A stretch of 64,000 nucleotides of DNA from an uncultured Planctomycetota bacterium (GTDB lineage: Bacteria; Planctomycetota; Planctomycetia; Isosphaerales; Isosphaeraceae): positions 2,848,001 to 2,912,000 of the forward strand of contig CAVTTN010000002.1 of the NCBI GenBank assembly GCA_963737655.1. Reading direction: 5' to 3'. Below the pieces are notes generated by a model. That model searched no databases. It was not told where the DNA came from and saw only the letters and a program-made list of their open reading frames with translations. A program made the position numbers and the translations under genes. Positions within the stretch are counted from its first letter, which is position 1; each line of letters begins with the position of its first letter. Positions 50,373-58,719 of this stretch are shown one piece after another.

Positions 50373-51194
50373 GTGAGAAATCCGAACAGGTCGATGACGA
50401 CCGATCCCCGGACCCTCCGAGGAGGGCCCAAGGCCCGCGTCGGCCCGGGATGGGTCGCGAGGCTCGCGGCCGTCGTCGCATTCATCGCCGTCGGCTCGGC
50501 GGAAGTCCGGGCCGACCTGGACCCGGTGGCCGAGACCACCGAGGTCATGATGGAGTCGGAGAAGACCGCGGTCTTGACGCTGGTGTCGGCCTACGGCATC
50601 TACGACAACTCGCTGTCGTTCACCACCGCCCTGGACTCCACGGCGAAGACCTTCAGCGTCTCGACCGTCTCGGGGACGACCTACGGAGGCGCCGCCGTCT
50701 CGCTGGGAGTGACCGGCAGCTACGACACGAGCAGCTCGTCCTGGGCGTGGACCACCTCGGCGACCGTGGGGGCCGACTCCTGGGTCGGGATCGGCTCGGA
50801 GACGATCACGGGCGATCCCCTGGCGTCGATCCTCTTCAACGTGTCGGTCCTCGGGGTCACCATCGATTACCACATGACCTACACGGCCGGCACCGGGCCC
50901 TATTCAGGGGACGTCAGCAGCAACGGATCGGGGACGGTCACCCTGAGCGGGCAACCGGCCGCGGGGTTCACGGCAAGCGACTATTATGATCATACGACGA
51001 GGCATACCACCTGGCAGATCAGCGGCCCCGACTTCGGCATCGACTCCAGGGGCGATTATCCCATCGGAGGCGGTTCGGGCACGATGATCGCCGGCGTCAG
51101 CGCCGTGCCCGAGCCGTGCTCCCTGGCCTTGCTCGCCGTGGGAGGGCTGGGCGCCCTGGGCCTGAGACGGCGTCGGAGGCGGTCCCTCGCCTGA
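50373..51194 (+). CDS. PEP-CTERM sorting domain protein
   Basis: Signal peptide ending AEVRA; S/T-rich body; C-terminal VPEPCSLALLAVGGLGALGLRRRRRR. Confidence 0.88.
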   Translation: MRNPNRSMTTDPRTLRGGPKARVGPGWVARLAAVVAFIAVGSAEVRADLDPVAETTEVMMESEKTAVLTLVSAYGIYDNSLSFTTALDSTAKTFSVSTVSGTTYGGAAVSLGVTGSYDTSSSSWAWTTSATVGADSWVGIGSETITGDPLASILFNVSVLGVTIDYHMTYTAGTGPYSGDVSSNGSGTVTLSGQPAAGFTASDYYDHTTRHTTWQISGPDFGIDSRGDYPIGGGSGTMIAGVSAVPEPCSLALLAVGGLGALGLRRRRRRSLA

Positions 51195-51243
51195 GGCTCG
51201 CTCGGCCTCTCTCCAGAGCGGTTCGCGACCGGATCGCGCACCC

Positions 51244-51302
51244 GATGGGTGGGCCATGACCTGCCGAGATCCGCCAGGCCGGCAGGCCGAGGCCTGCCCT
51301 AC
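51244..51302. repeat. REP family A copy (left arm degenerate)
   Basis: Right arm cggcaggccgaggcctgccctac; left arm gatgggtgggccatgacctgccg. Confidence 0.7.
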
Positions 51303-51345
51303 GAAGCCCGTCGTGCGCAACCCGGCCGAGATCCGACCATTAACC

Positions 51346-52092
51346 TCAGCACATGCCGCCCATCCCGTGGCCGCCGGCGTTGTGGCCGGTCACCAGGCCG
51401 AAATAGGGGTAGGTGGCGGTGCTGGTGCTGCCCTCGGCGGCGAGGACGGCCGCGTAGTCGGTGTTGATGGCGGTGATGTCGGCCGAGGTGATGTTCGAGG
51501 CGGTCACCGCGGCGGCCAGGGCGTTGTACGCCGTGGTCAGGTCGGTGGTTTGCTGGGTCGTCGGGGTGCTCGTGTAGAGCGCCTCGAACTGGGCCAATAG
51601 CGTGGCGTTGCCGGCGAGCGTGGTGCCCGAGGCGTTCGCGGTCACGAGGCTGTCCTCGAAGCTGGACAGCGCCGACTGGCTGCTGGGCGTCAGGCCGTCG
51701 GCCGAGAGCGTCTGGAACGCCGAGGTGATGGCGGTCAACTGGCCGATCGTGGTGCCCGAGGCCAGCTCGATCGTCTGCTCCTCGCCGTGGAGCGTCTGGA
51801 GGGCCGTCGTCAGGGCCGAATTCGTGGTGCCGGTCGTGCCCGAGGTGCTCGACGTGGTCGTGCCCGAGGTGCTCGACGACGACGAGGTGGTGGTGCTGGT
51901 GCCGGTGGTCGAGGCGGTGGCGGCGTGGAGGTGGGCCAGCGCGTGATGGGCGAAGTGGCCGTGGGCCGGGACGACCCGGGTCTCCAGGCCCTCGCACGAC
52001 AGGCTCGCCGGCCGGGGCCGACGGGCCGAGGGCCGGGCGTCCTGCGACCGGCCGAGGATCAGGTTGAACAGGGAGCCTCGTCGAATCGGCAT
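51346..52092 (-). CDS. Small secreted S/T/A-rich protein with planctomycete LExR N-terminal motif
   Basis: GGAG SD; SLSCEGLETRVVPA; His-rich patch; STSGTT repeats; helical Ala/Thr-rich body. Confidence 0.75.
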   Translation of the reverse strand: MPIRRGSLFNLILGRSQDARPSARRPRPASLSCEGLETRVVPAHGHFAHHALAHLHAATASTTGTSTTTSSSSSTSGTTTSSTSGTTGTTNSALTTALQTLHGEEQTIELASGTTIGQLTAITSAFQTLSADGLTPSSQSALSSFEDSLVTANASGTTLAGNATLLAQFEALYTSTPTTQQTTDLTTAYNALAAAVTASNITSADITAINTDYAAVLAAEGSTSTATYPYFGLVTGHNAGGHGMGGMC

Positions 52093-52374
52093 CGTCTCAT
52101 CTCCGGAATCAAGAGGTGAAGGTTCGAAAGGATGGGACGGACGACGATCGGACCCACCGGGTCGGTGGCGAGCTCGCCGGGTTCGCCGCGATCTTTGAGT
52201 CGGCCTCGACGGGATCGCGATCGTTCCGCCGCCCTTAAGACCGAGGGCCGGACGCCTCGGCGGCGCGGCTCGGGGGCGATCTTGCTCGGCGGACGCGGTC
52301 CGGCCTCGGGGCTGGCGGCCCGGGGCGATCGGGGCGATGATCGGGGATCGATCCTGCGCGCCGGAGGGGCCGCC

Positions 52375-53352
52375 ATGAGGGGCTGGAATCGCCGGGAATT
52401 CGTCGCCTCGCTCGGGATGCTCGCCGCCCGCTCCGCCGAGGACCGGCCGGCCCCGATCCCTCGGGCCGGCGCGTTCCGCAAGGTGTACGATCCGGGTCGG
52501 GGCCGCCCGGGAGGCCCCTGGCACATGAACGATCATGCCTTCATCCGTGGGCCTGACGGCCTCTGGCACCTCTTCGGGATCGCCTGGCCCGATCCGGGCG
52601 TCTCGCCGGCCCCGGCTCGCGGGTTCCTCGAACACGCGACGGCCCGGACCCTGCTCCAGGACGGCTGGGACCGTCGCGATCCGGTCCTGGAGCTCGATCC
52701 GAAGCTCGGGGAGACGGTGATGTGGGCGCCTCACGTCGTCCTCGATCGCGGGACGTATCACCTGTTCGTCGCCACCGGAGGGCCGGACCTGACCCGGTGG
52801 GGGATCACCCGGGCCACGTCTCGCGACCTCGTCTCCTGGACGAGACGGCCCGAAGGCCCCCTGTTCCGAGACGGCTTCCAGGCGAGGGACCCGATGGTCT
52901 TCCGGCCGTCGAACGGTCGCGAATGGGTGATGGTCTACACGGCCACCGAGAGGCCCGACGGCGGCCGTCACGTCGTCGCGTATCGGACGAGCCCGGACCT
53001 GGACCACTGGAGCGATCGGAGGATCGCCTTCGCCGACGACCAGGAAGGGACGGACTTCGGCCCCACGGAATCGCCGTTCGTGGTGGAGCGAGACGGGACC
53101 TTTTACCTCTTCCTCGGGCCCCGACCGTATGATCGGCCGACGCCGGATCGTCCCAACTTCCGCCATCGGGGATACGTCGGCACGGACGTCTTCGCGAGCC
53201 GGGACTGGCGGTCGTGGACGATCGCCGACAAGCTGGCGCACCTGCCGGCCCACGCGGCGGAGGTGGTCCTCGACGGCGATTCGTGGTTCGTCAGCTCATG
53301 CGGGATCGGCCAGGGGGGGCTTTCGCTCGCGCCCCTTTCGTGGGATCGCTGA
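52375..53352 (+). CDS. Tat-exported five-bladed beta-propeller glycoside hydrolase (GH32/GH43-like)
   Basis: RREFV Tat motif; WHMNDH, WAPHV, ARDPMV and TESPFV catalytic-type motifs. Confidence 0.8.
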   Translation: MRGWNRREFVASLGMLAARSAEDRPAPIPRAGAFRKVYDPGRGRPGGPWHMNDHAFIRGPDGLWHLFGIAWPDPGVSPAPARGFLEHATARTLLQDGWDRRDPVLELDPKLGETVMWAPHVVLDRGTYHLFVATGGPDLTRWGITRATSRDLVSWTRRPEGPLFRDGFQARDPMVFRPSNGREWVMVYTATERPDGGRHVVAYRTSPDLDHWSDRRIAFADDQEGTDFGPTESPFVVERDGTFYLFLGPRPYDRPTPDRPNFRHRGYVGTDVFASRDWRSWTIADKLAHLPAHAAEVVLDGDSWFVSSCGIGQGGLSLAPLSWDR

Positions 53353-53457
53353 GAACCGGGAGGCGGGCCGGTCCCGGGTCGATAAGGCGTGCCGCCCGAC
53401 TTGCCGGGCGATGGGGTGGTCGGTAGGAACGGGGAGACTTCGCGAAGGGGGGAACTC

Positions 53458-53701
53458 ATGGTGATCCAGGTCGGGCCGGAGTTGGAGACGGCCCTGGTGG
53501 AGCGGGCCCGTCGTCGGGGGACGTCGTCGGGGGACGTCGCCGGAGGCCCTGGCCCTGGACCTCTTGAGGGAAGGCCTCTTCCCCGCCGATTCGCCGATGG
53601 ACCCCCGCGACGCCTGGGAACGCCTCCTGGTCTCGATTGCGACCGATTGCGGGACGGCCCTGCCCCATTCGGCGTTCGGGAGCGAGGAGCTGTACGAATA
53701 G
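53458..53701 (+). pseudogene. Small antitoxin-like gene frameshifted by a 13-bp tandem duplication
   Basis: cgtcgtcggggga is duplicated at 53509-53534; removing one copy restores a 76-aa ORF MVIQVGPELETALVERARRRGTSPEALALDLLRE...SEELYE. Confidence 0.65.
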
Positions 53702-53759
53702 TCGTCCCGGGGCTCGCCGTCGTCGATCCGTCGAGCCTCGGGCCCCGGGGCCCTGAGAT

Positions 53760-53793
53760 CGTCGAACCCTTCGATCGATCGAAGGGTTCGACG
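53760..53793. repeat. Perfect 34-bp palindrome
   Basis: cgtcgaacccttcgatcgatcgaagggttcgacg is self-complementary. Confidence 0.8.
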
Positions 53794-53914
53794 CCGGTCG
53801 GAATCCGCCTTGGCAGGGATGGCCCGGCCCGGTATCCTCCGACGTTCGATCCGCCGGCCCTTCGTTGCGAGGGGCCGGGATGGATCGGGTCGCCGTCAGG
53901 GAGGACGGGACGGG

Positions 53915-54961
53915 ATGAAGGCCCTGGCTTTCCTGGAAGCCCCGGACCACGTGTGCGGCCGATATCGCGTCTCGGCCTTCGCCTCGGCGCTGGACGACTG
54001 CGGATGGTCGCTCCGGGTCGAGGGGATCGCTTCGGGCCTGCGGAGGCGACTGGCGCAGCTCCGTTCGGCCCGCGATTTCGATTGCGTGCTGCTCCAGAGG
54101 AAGCTCTTGCCGGGCTGGCAACTGGCGATCCTCCGCTCCGCCGCGCCCCGGCTCGTGTTCGATTTCGACGACGCGATCCTCTACCGCGACTCCTTCGCCG
54201 ATCGAGGCCCGTTCTCCCGGCGGAGGGCCTCGCGGTTCTCGAAGACCGTGAGCGCGGCCGATTTCGTCCTCGCCGGCAACGAGTTCCTGGCCGATTGCGC
54301 CGTGTCCTCGGGCGCGAAGGCGGCGAGGGTCCGCGTGGTCCCCACGTGCGTCGACCCGGGGCGTTATCCCGTCGCCGAGCATCGCGACGAGGGCCCATTG
54401 CGGCTGGTGTGGGTCGGCTCGTCGAGCACCCTTCGCGGGCTGGAGGAACGGGCCGATTTGTTCCGTCGGCTGGGATCGGCCGTCCCGGGGCTGACTCTGC
54501 GGGTCGTGGCCGATCGGTTCCCCTCGTTCGATCCTCTGAAAATCGAGGCCGTCCCCTGGAGCGAGGCGACCGAGGCCCGGGCGATCTCGGGGGCCGACGT
54601 GGGCGTGTCCCTGATCCCCGACGACCTCTGGAGCCGGGGGAAGTGCGGCCTGAAGACGCTCCAGTACGGCGCGGCGGGCTTGCCGACGATCGCCAACCCG
54701 GTGGGCGTCCACCCGAAGATGATCGAGCCGGGGCGGACCGGCTTCCTGCCCGCCACCGATGAGGCGTGGATCGCGGCGGTCCGGCTCCTGGCCGAGGACG
54801 CCGACCGCCGCCGACGGATGGGCCAGGCCGCCCGGGCGAAGGTCGAGGCCGATTACTCGGTCGCGTCGTGGTCCGGCGCGTTCGTGGCCGCGATCGCCGG
54901 GGGCCTGCCGGGCCCCGCGCCGCTCTCCCCCCCGCTCGCCAGGAAGGCGGACCTGCGATGA
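53915..54961 (+). CDS. Glycosyltransferase family 4
   Basis: RYRV, LVFDFDDAI, WVGSSST, WSRGKCGLKTLQYGAAGLP. Confidence 0.88.
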   Translation: MKALAFLEAPDHVCGRYRVSAFASALDDCGWSLRVEGIASGLRRRLAQLRSARDFDCVLLQRKLLPGWQLAILRSAAPRLVFDFDDAILYRDSFADRGPFSRRRASRFSKTVSAADFVLAGNEFLADCAVSSGAKAARVRVVPTCVDPGRYPVAEHRDEGPLRLVWVGSSSTLRGLEERADLFRRLGSAVPGLTLRVVADRFPSFDPLKIEAVPWSEATEARAISGADVGVSLIPDDLWSRGKCGLKTLQYGAAGLPTIANPVGVHPKMIEPGRTGFLPATDEAWIAAVRLLAEDADRRRRMGQAARAKVEADYSVASWSGAFVAAIAGGLPGPAPLSPPLARKADLR

Positions 54962-56736
54962 CCCCCCTGCTCTCCCGACGTCGCCGGAGCGGACGCCCTC
55001 GCGAGCCCCTGTTCAAGCCTCCCGGATGGGACTGGACCCGCGCCGGGGAAGTCGGCTGGTGGGTCCGCCCCGAGTGGCGAGACGCCCTGATCGGGCCCGA
55101 CGGCCTGAAGCTCGACCAGTGGCTGGCCGAGGGCCGGCTCGCCACGATCAAGACCGGGCCCCATCGCGTCGTGTATCGCGCCGATCTGCCCGAGGGCACG
55201 GTCTTCGTCAAGCATTTCCTCGTGCCGGGCTGGAAGGAAAAGCTCCGCCAGTGGTTCCGCCGAGGCAAGGGCCGCAACGAGGGCCGGCGCGCCCTCCGCC
55301 TGGCCGGGATCGGCATCCCCACCATCACGCCGATCGCCCTGGGCGAGCAGCGCAAGCGGAAATTCCTCCTCGAGAACTACCTGATCACCCCGGCGATCGA
55401 GGCCACGGTCCCCCTGAACGAGTTCGTCGAGACGGTCCTGCCGCGATTCGAGCCCGTCCGTCAGGCGACGATCCGCCAGGCGCTGGCCGTGGCCCTGGCC
55501 GAGATCACCGCGACCCTCCACGAGGCCAAATTCGTCCACCAGGACTTCCATCCCGGCAACCTGCTCGTCCGGCTGGACGAGGAGGACCGCCCCCGGCTCT
55601 CGATGATCGACCTGGACGCCCTCCGCACCCGCCGCGAGCTCACGTGGAAGGAGGCGCAGGCGAACCTGGCGCTCCTGAACCATTATTTCTGGCTGCGGTG
55701 CGGCCGGACCGACCGCCTGAGGTTCCTCGAAGCCTACCTCCTGAGGCGGACCGGCAAGCCCCCGGACCTCGCCGACTTCGCCCGGGGGATCGAGACCTCG
55801 ACCCGGAAATGGGCCGAGAAGCTCTGGAGGCGGTGGGGCCGGCGGTGCCTGGGCACGAACAAGTATTTCCGCAAGCATCGCGGGTCGCACTGCTGGGCGG
55901 TGGCCGTCCGCGACGTGGCCAAGGACACGATGAGGCTCCTCCTGGCCGACCCCGACGCCCCGTTCGCCCGCGAGGACGCCGTGATCCTCAAGGATTCGCG
56001 GACCACCACCGTCGCCGAGGTCGACCTGCCGGTGGCCGGGACGATGACCCGGGTCATCTACAAGCGATTCAACCGCAAGAAGTTCCTCGACCCGATCTAC
56101 ACCCTGTTCCGCCCGAGCCGCGCGTGGAGGGCCTGGCAGAACGGCCAGCACCTGGCCAGCCGGGCCGTCCCCACGCCGAGGAACCTGGTCGTGATCGGCC
56201 GAGGGTCGAGACATATTCGGATCTTGCCCCATCAATTCTGGTCGCACGACACGTACCTCGTCACGGTGAAGGCCGAGCCGTCGATCACCCTGGGGGATTA
56301 CGGGCTGAAGGCGCTCCCGGGGCTGTCTCGCGAGCTCCGTCGCGAGCGAATCCGGAGGCTGATCCCGGCGCTGGCCCGCCTGATCCGCACCCTCCACGAG
56401 CGGTCGTTGTCGCATCGCGACCTCAAGGCGGCGAACATCCTGATCGAGGGGGACCCGGCGGCCGATTCGCCGTCCCTGAGCCTGATCGACCTGGTCGGGG
56501 CCGACCTGGAGCACCCGATCTCCCACCATCGCCAGGTCCAGAACCTGGCCAGGCTCCAGATCAGCCTGGCGGGCGTCCCGGGCCGGACCCGGACCGACGG
56601 CCTTCGGTTCCTCCGGTCGTACCTGCCCTGGGTCCACACCGGCAAACCCGAATGGAAGGCGCTGTGGCGAGACATCGCCCGGGCCTGCCAGGAGAAGGAG
56701 GAACAGAACCGCCGGAGGGGCCGCGCCCTCTCCTGA
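54958..56736 (+). CDS. Lipopolysaccharide kinase (InaA/WaaP/Kdo family) with two tandem kinase domains
   Basis: ATGA overlap with the GT4 gene; HQDFHPGNLL..IDLD and HRDLKAANIL..IDLV; TDRLRFL and TDGLRFL. Confidence 0.85.
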   Translation: MTPLLSRRRRSGRPREPLFKPPGWDWTRAGEVGWWVRPEWRDALIGPDGLKLDQWLAEGRLATIKTGPHRVVYRADLPEGTVFVKHFLVPGWKEKLRQWFRRGKGRNEGRRALRLAGIGIPTITPIALGEQRKRKFLLENYLITPAIEATVPLNEFVETVLPRFEPVRQATIRQALAVALAEITATLHEAKFVHQDFHPGNLLVRLDEEDRPRLSMIDLDALRTRRELTWKEAQANLALLNHYFWLRCGRTDRLRFLEAYLLRRTGKPPDLADFARGIETSTRKWAEKLWRRWGRRCLGTNKYFRKHRGSHCWAVAVRDVAKDTMRLLLADPDAPFAREDAVILKDSRTTTVAEVDLPVAGTMTRVIYKRFNRKKFLDPIYTLFRPSRAWRAWQNGQHLASRAVPTPRNLVVIGRGSRHIRILPHQFWSHDTYLVTVKAEPSITLGDYGLKALPGLSRELRRERIRRLIPALARLIRTLHERSLSHRDLKAANILIEGDPAADSPSLSLIDLVGADLEHPISHHRQVQNLARLQISLAGVPGRTRTDGLRFLRSYLPWVHTGKPEWKALWRDIARACQEKEEQNRRRGRALS

Positions 56737-56812
56737 TCGGACCTCGCGCCCGACCCCCTGCGACTCGACTCGACCCGACACGCCCGGCCGAACCCGAGAG
56801 GGACGCCGATTC

Positions 56813-57760
56813 ATGGACCTTGCACCTTCGCGAACGCTTCCGATCCTCGGCCTCGGCCTGGGCCTGGTCCTCCTGGCCGGCTGCGCCACGGTCCGCGCCC
56901 CGGCCGAGAAGCCGCTGTTGCCGACCCAGAGCCAGACCAGGGTGGGCCCGTATGTGGTGTTCACCTCCGAGCCCATCCCGAGCGACGCCCCCGCCCTGAA
57001 ACACCTGGCGAGCCTGGAGAAGCAGGTCGAGACGACCCTGGGCCTCCGCGTCCCGGAGGGCGAGGCGCCGATCGAGGTCTACGTCCTCGACGGACCCGAA
57101 GAATTCCGCCACTTCCTGATGTTCTATTTCCCCGAGCTCCCCACCCGGCGCGCGTTCTTCCTCGCCCAGGGGAATCGACGGGTCGTCTACACGTATCAGG
57201 GCGGCCGGCTCGAAGAGGACCTCCGGCACGAGGCCACCCACGCCCTCCTCCACGCCGCGGCGGCCGACCTGCCCCTGTGGCTCGACGAGGGCCTGGCCGA
57301 GTACTTCGAGGTCGAGGAAGGCAAGGCGGGCCTGAACGCCGAGCACATCGCCCGGCTGCCCGACGACCTGGCCTCCGGCTGGGTGCCGGCCCTGCCCCGG
57401 CTCGAAGCCATGAAGGACGTCCGGCGGATGGGCCCTCGCGACTACCGAGAGTCGTGGGCCTGGGTCCACTTCCTCCTGAACGGCTCGCCCGAAGGGAAGA
57501 CGGCCCTGCTCGCCTATCTGAACGACCTCCGGCACGGAGGGGACGTCTCCCCCCTGTCGAAGAGGCTCGCCGCGTCCCTGGAAGACCCGGTCCCCGGGCT
57601 CGTGGCGCACATCAGCAGGGCCCGGGACCAACCGCCCACGGTCCGCCTCCAGGGCCCCGAGACCGTGACGCCCAGGCCCCCGGCGAAACGTCGAGGGCTG
57701 TTCCAACGCTGGTTCGGCGGGGAAAACGGGGACCGATCAACGGTTGCACCTAAAAATTGA
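56813..57760 (+). CDS. DUF1570 family lipoprotein (gluzincin-like)
   Basis: Lipobox LLAGC; LRHEATHALLH, PLWLDEGLAEYFE, YRESWAWVHFLL. Confidence 0.85.
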   Translation: MDLAPSRTLPILGLGLGLVLLAGCATVRAPAEKPLLPTQSQTRVGPYVVFTSEPIPSDAPALKHLASLEKQVETTLGLRVPEGEAPIEVYVLDGPEEFRHFLMFYFPELPTRRAFFLAQGNRRVVYTYQGGRLEEDLRHEATHALLHAAAADLPLWLDEGLAEYFEVEEGKAGLNAEHIARLPDDLASGWVPALPRLEAMKDVRRMGPRDYRESWAWVHFLLNGSPEGKTALLAYLNDLRHGGDVSPLSKRLAASLEDPVPGLVAHISRARDQPPTVRLQGPETVTPRPPAKRRGLFQRWFGGENGDRSTVAPKN

Positions 57761-57803
57761 TCGGGCATGATCCGTGGACGACCCCGATCGAAGTGGTCGA
57801 TCG

Positions 57804-57840
57804 AGTCGGGCCGACTCGATTCCTCATTCTCAACGGGGTT
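57804..57840. repeat. Partial (right-arm) copy of REP family B
   Basis: agtcgggccgactcgattcctcattctcaacggggtt matches 58078-58113. Confidence 0.65.
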
Positions 57841-57984
57841 TCCTAGCGAACCGATCGGGCACCGGTTTTCGGTCCCCATTACCCGCAGCAGGGCCGTTTC
57901 CTTCTCCAAGAGTTTTCGGCCGGAAGCATTTGGGGCGGCAAGGGTTACGTCCGCGGAACCCGTGCCAGCCAAAACCTTTCGGAA

Positions 57985-58127
57985 GTGCTCTGGAGAAATC
58001 CCCGTCGAGAATGAGGAAACGAGTAGGTCCGACTTCAGTCGGGCCTGCGAAAAAAGGATTCTTGGAGGCCCGACTGAAGTCGGGCCGACTCGATACCTCA
58101 TTCTCGACGGGGTCTTCTCCAGAGCAC
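57985..58127. repeat. Full REP family B element: ~143-bp hairpin with ~60-bp imperfect arms
   Basis: gtgctctggagaaatccccgtcgagaatgaggaaacgagtaggtccgacttcagtcgggcct ... aggcccgactgaagtcgggccgactcgatacctcattctcgacggggtcttctccagagcac. Confidence 0.85.
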
Positions 58128-58255
58128 CTGGGAAGAATCTTCCACCGAGAAGGAAACGGCCCTCTTCCCCCCACCATCCTCCCTCGACATCGCGCGTCCC
58201 GGCCGGTTACCCTGGAAATTCCGGCCATCCGGCGATTTCGGGGAGGGCTCGTCCC

Positions 58256-58657
58256 ATGAAAACCGACGATTCGTCGAGCGACGACGAGGCGAAATCCGAG
58301 GAGGAGGAGGACGCCCTGGTCCTCTGCCTGCCGGTGGGGCTGGCGATGCTGGCGCCCGTGCCCGGCTCGATGCGGAAGGCCTGCGCCGATTGCGGACGGG
58401 CGATCTGGCATAGCCCGGCCTCGGCGGCGGCCCTGGCGGGCCGGCCCCACAAGCTGAAGTGCCCGGAGTGCTTCGGCGAGCTCCCGCCCGATGCCGAGAT
58501 CGCCCGGCCGACGGCCGGTCAGCTCGCCGAGATGCCCCCGGACGTCGCCGCGGAAGTGATCCGGCAGACCCGCAGCGCGAAGGCCCGGAGCAAGCTCCTG
58601 AGAGAGGCCCTCGACGCCGCGAAGCGTGGGGCGAAGCGTCGCCCCCGGGCGAATTGA
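58256..58657 (+). CDS. Hypothetical Zn-finger protein
   Basis: GGGAGG SD; acidic N-terminus; CADC...CPEC. Confidence 0.6.
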   Translation: MKTDDSSSDDEAKSEEEEDALVLCLPVGLAMLAPVPGSMRKACADCGRAIWHSPASAAALAGRPHKLKCPECFGELPPDAEIARPTAGQLAEMPPDVAAEVIRQTRSAKARSKLLREALDAAKRGAKRRPRAN

Positions 58658-58719
58658 AGAGGAATTCGTCGGGGGCCTCGCCGGCAAGAAGCCGGGGCCC
58701 CCTTCGAACGAAGCTCGCG

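Noticed and set aside
57767..58255. N-terminal extension of ORF 57767..58657 and similar peptides near 34985..35197
   Set aside because: These are translations of REP family B DNA, not protein homology.
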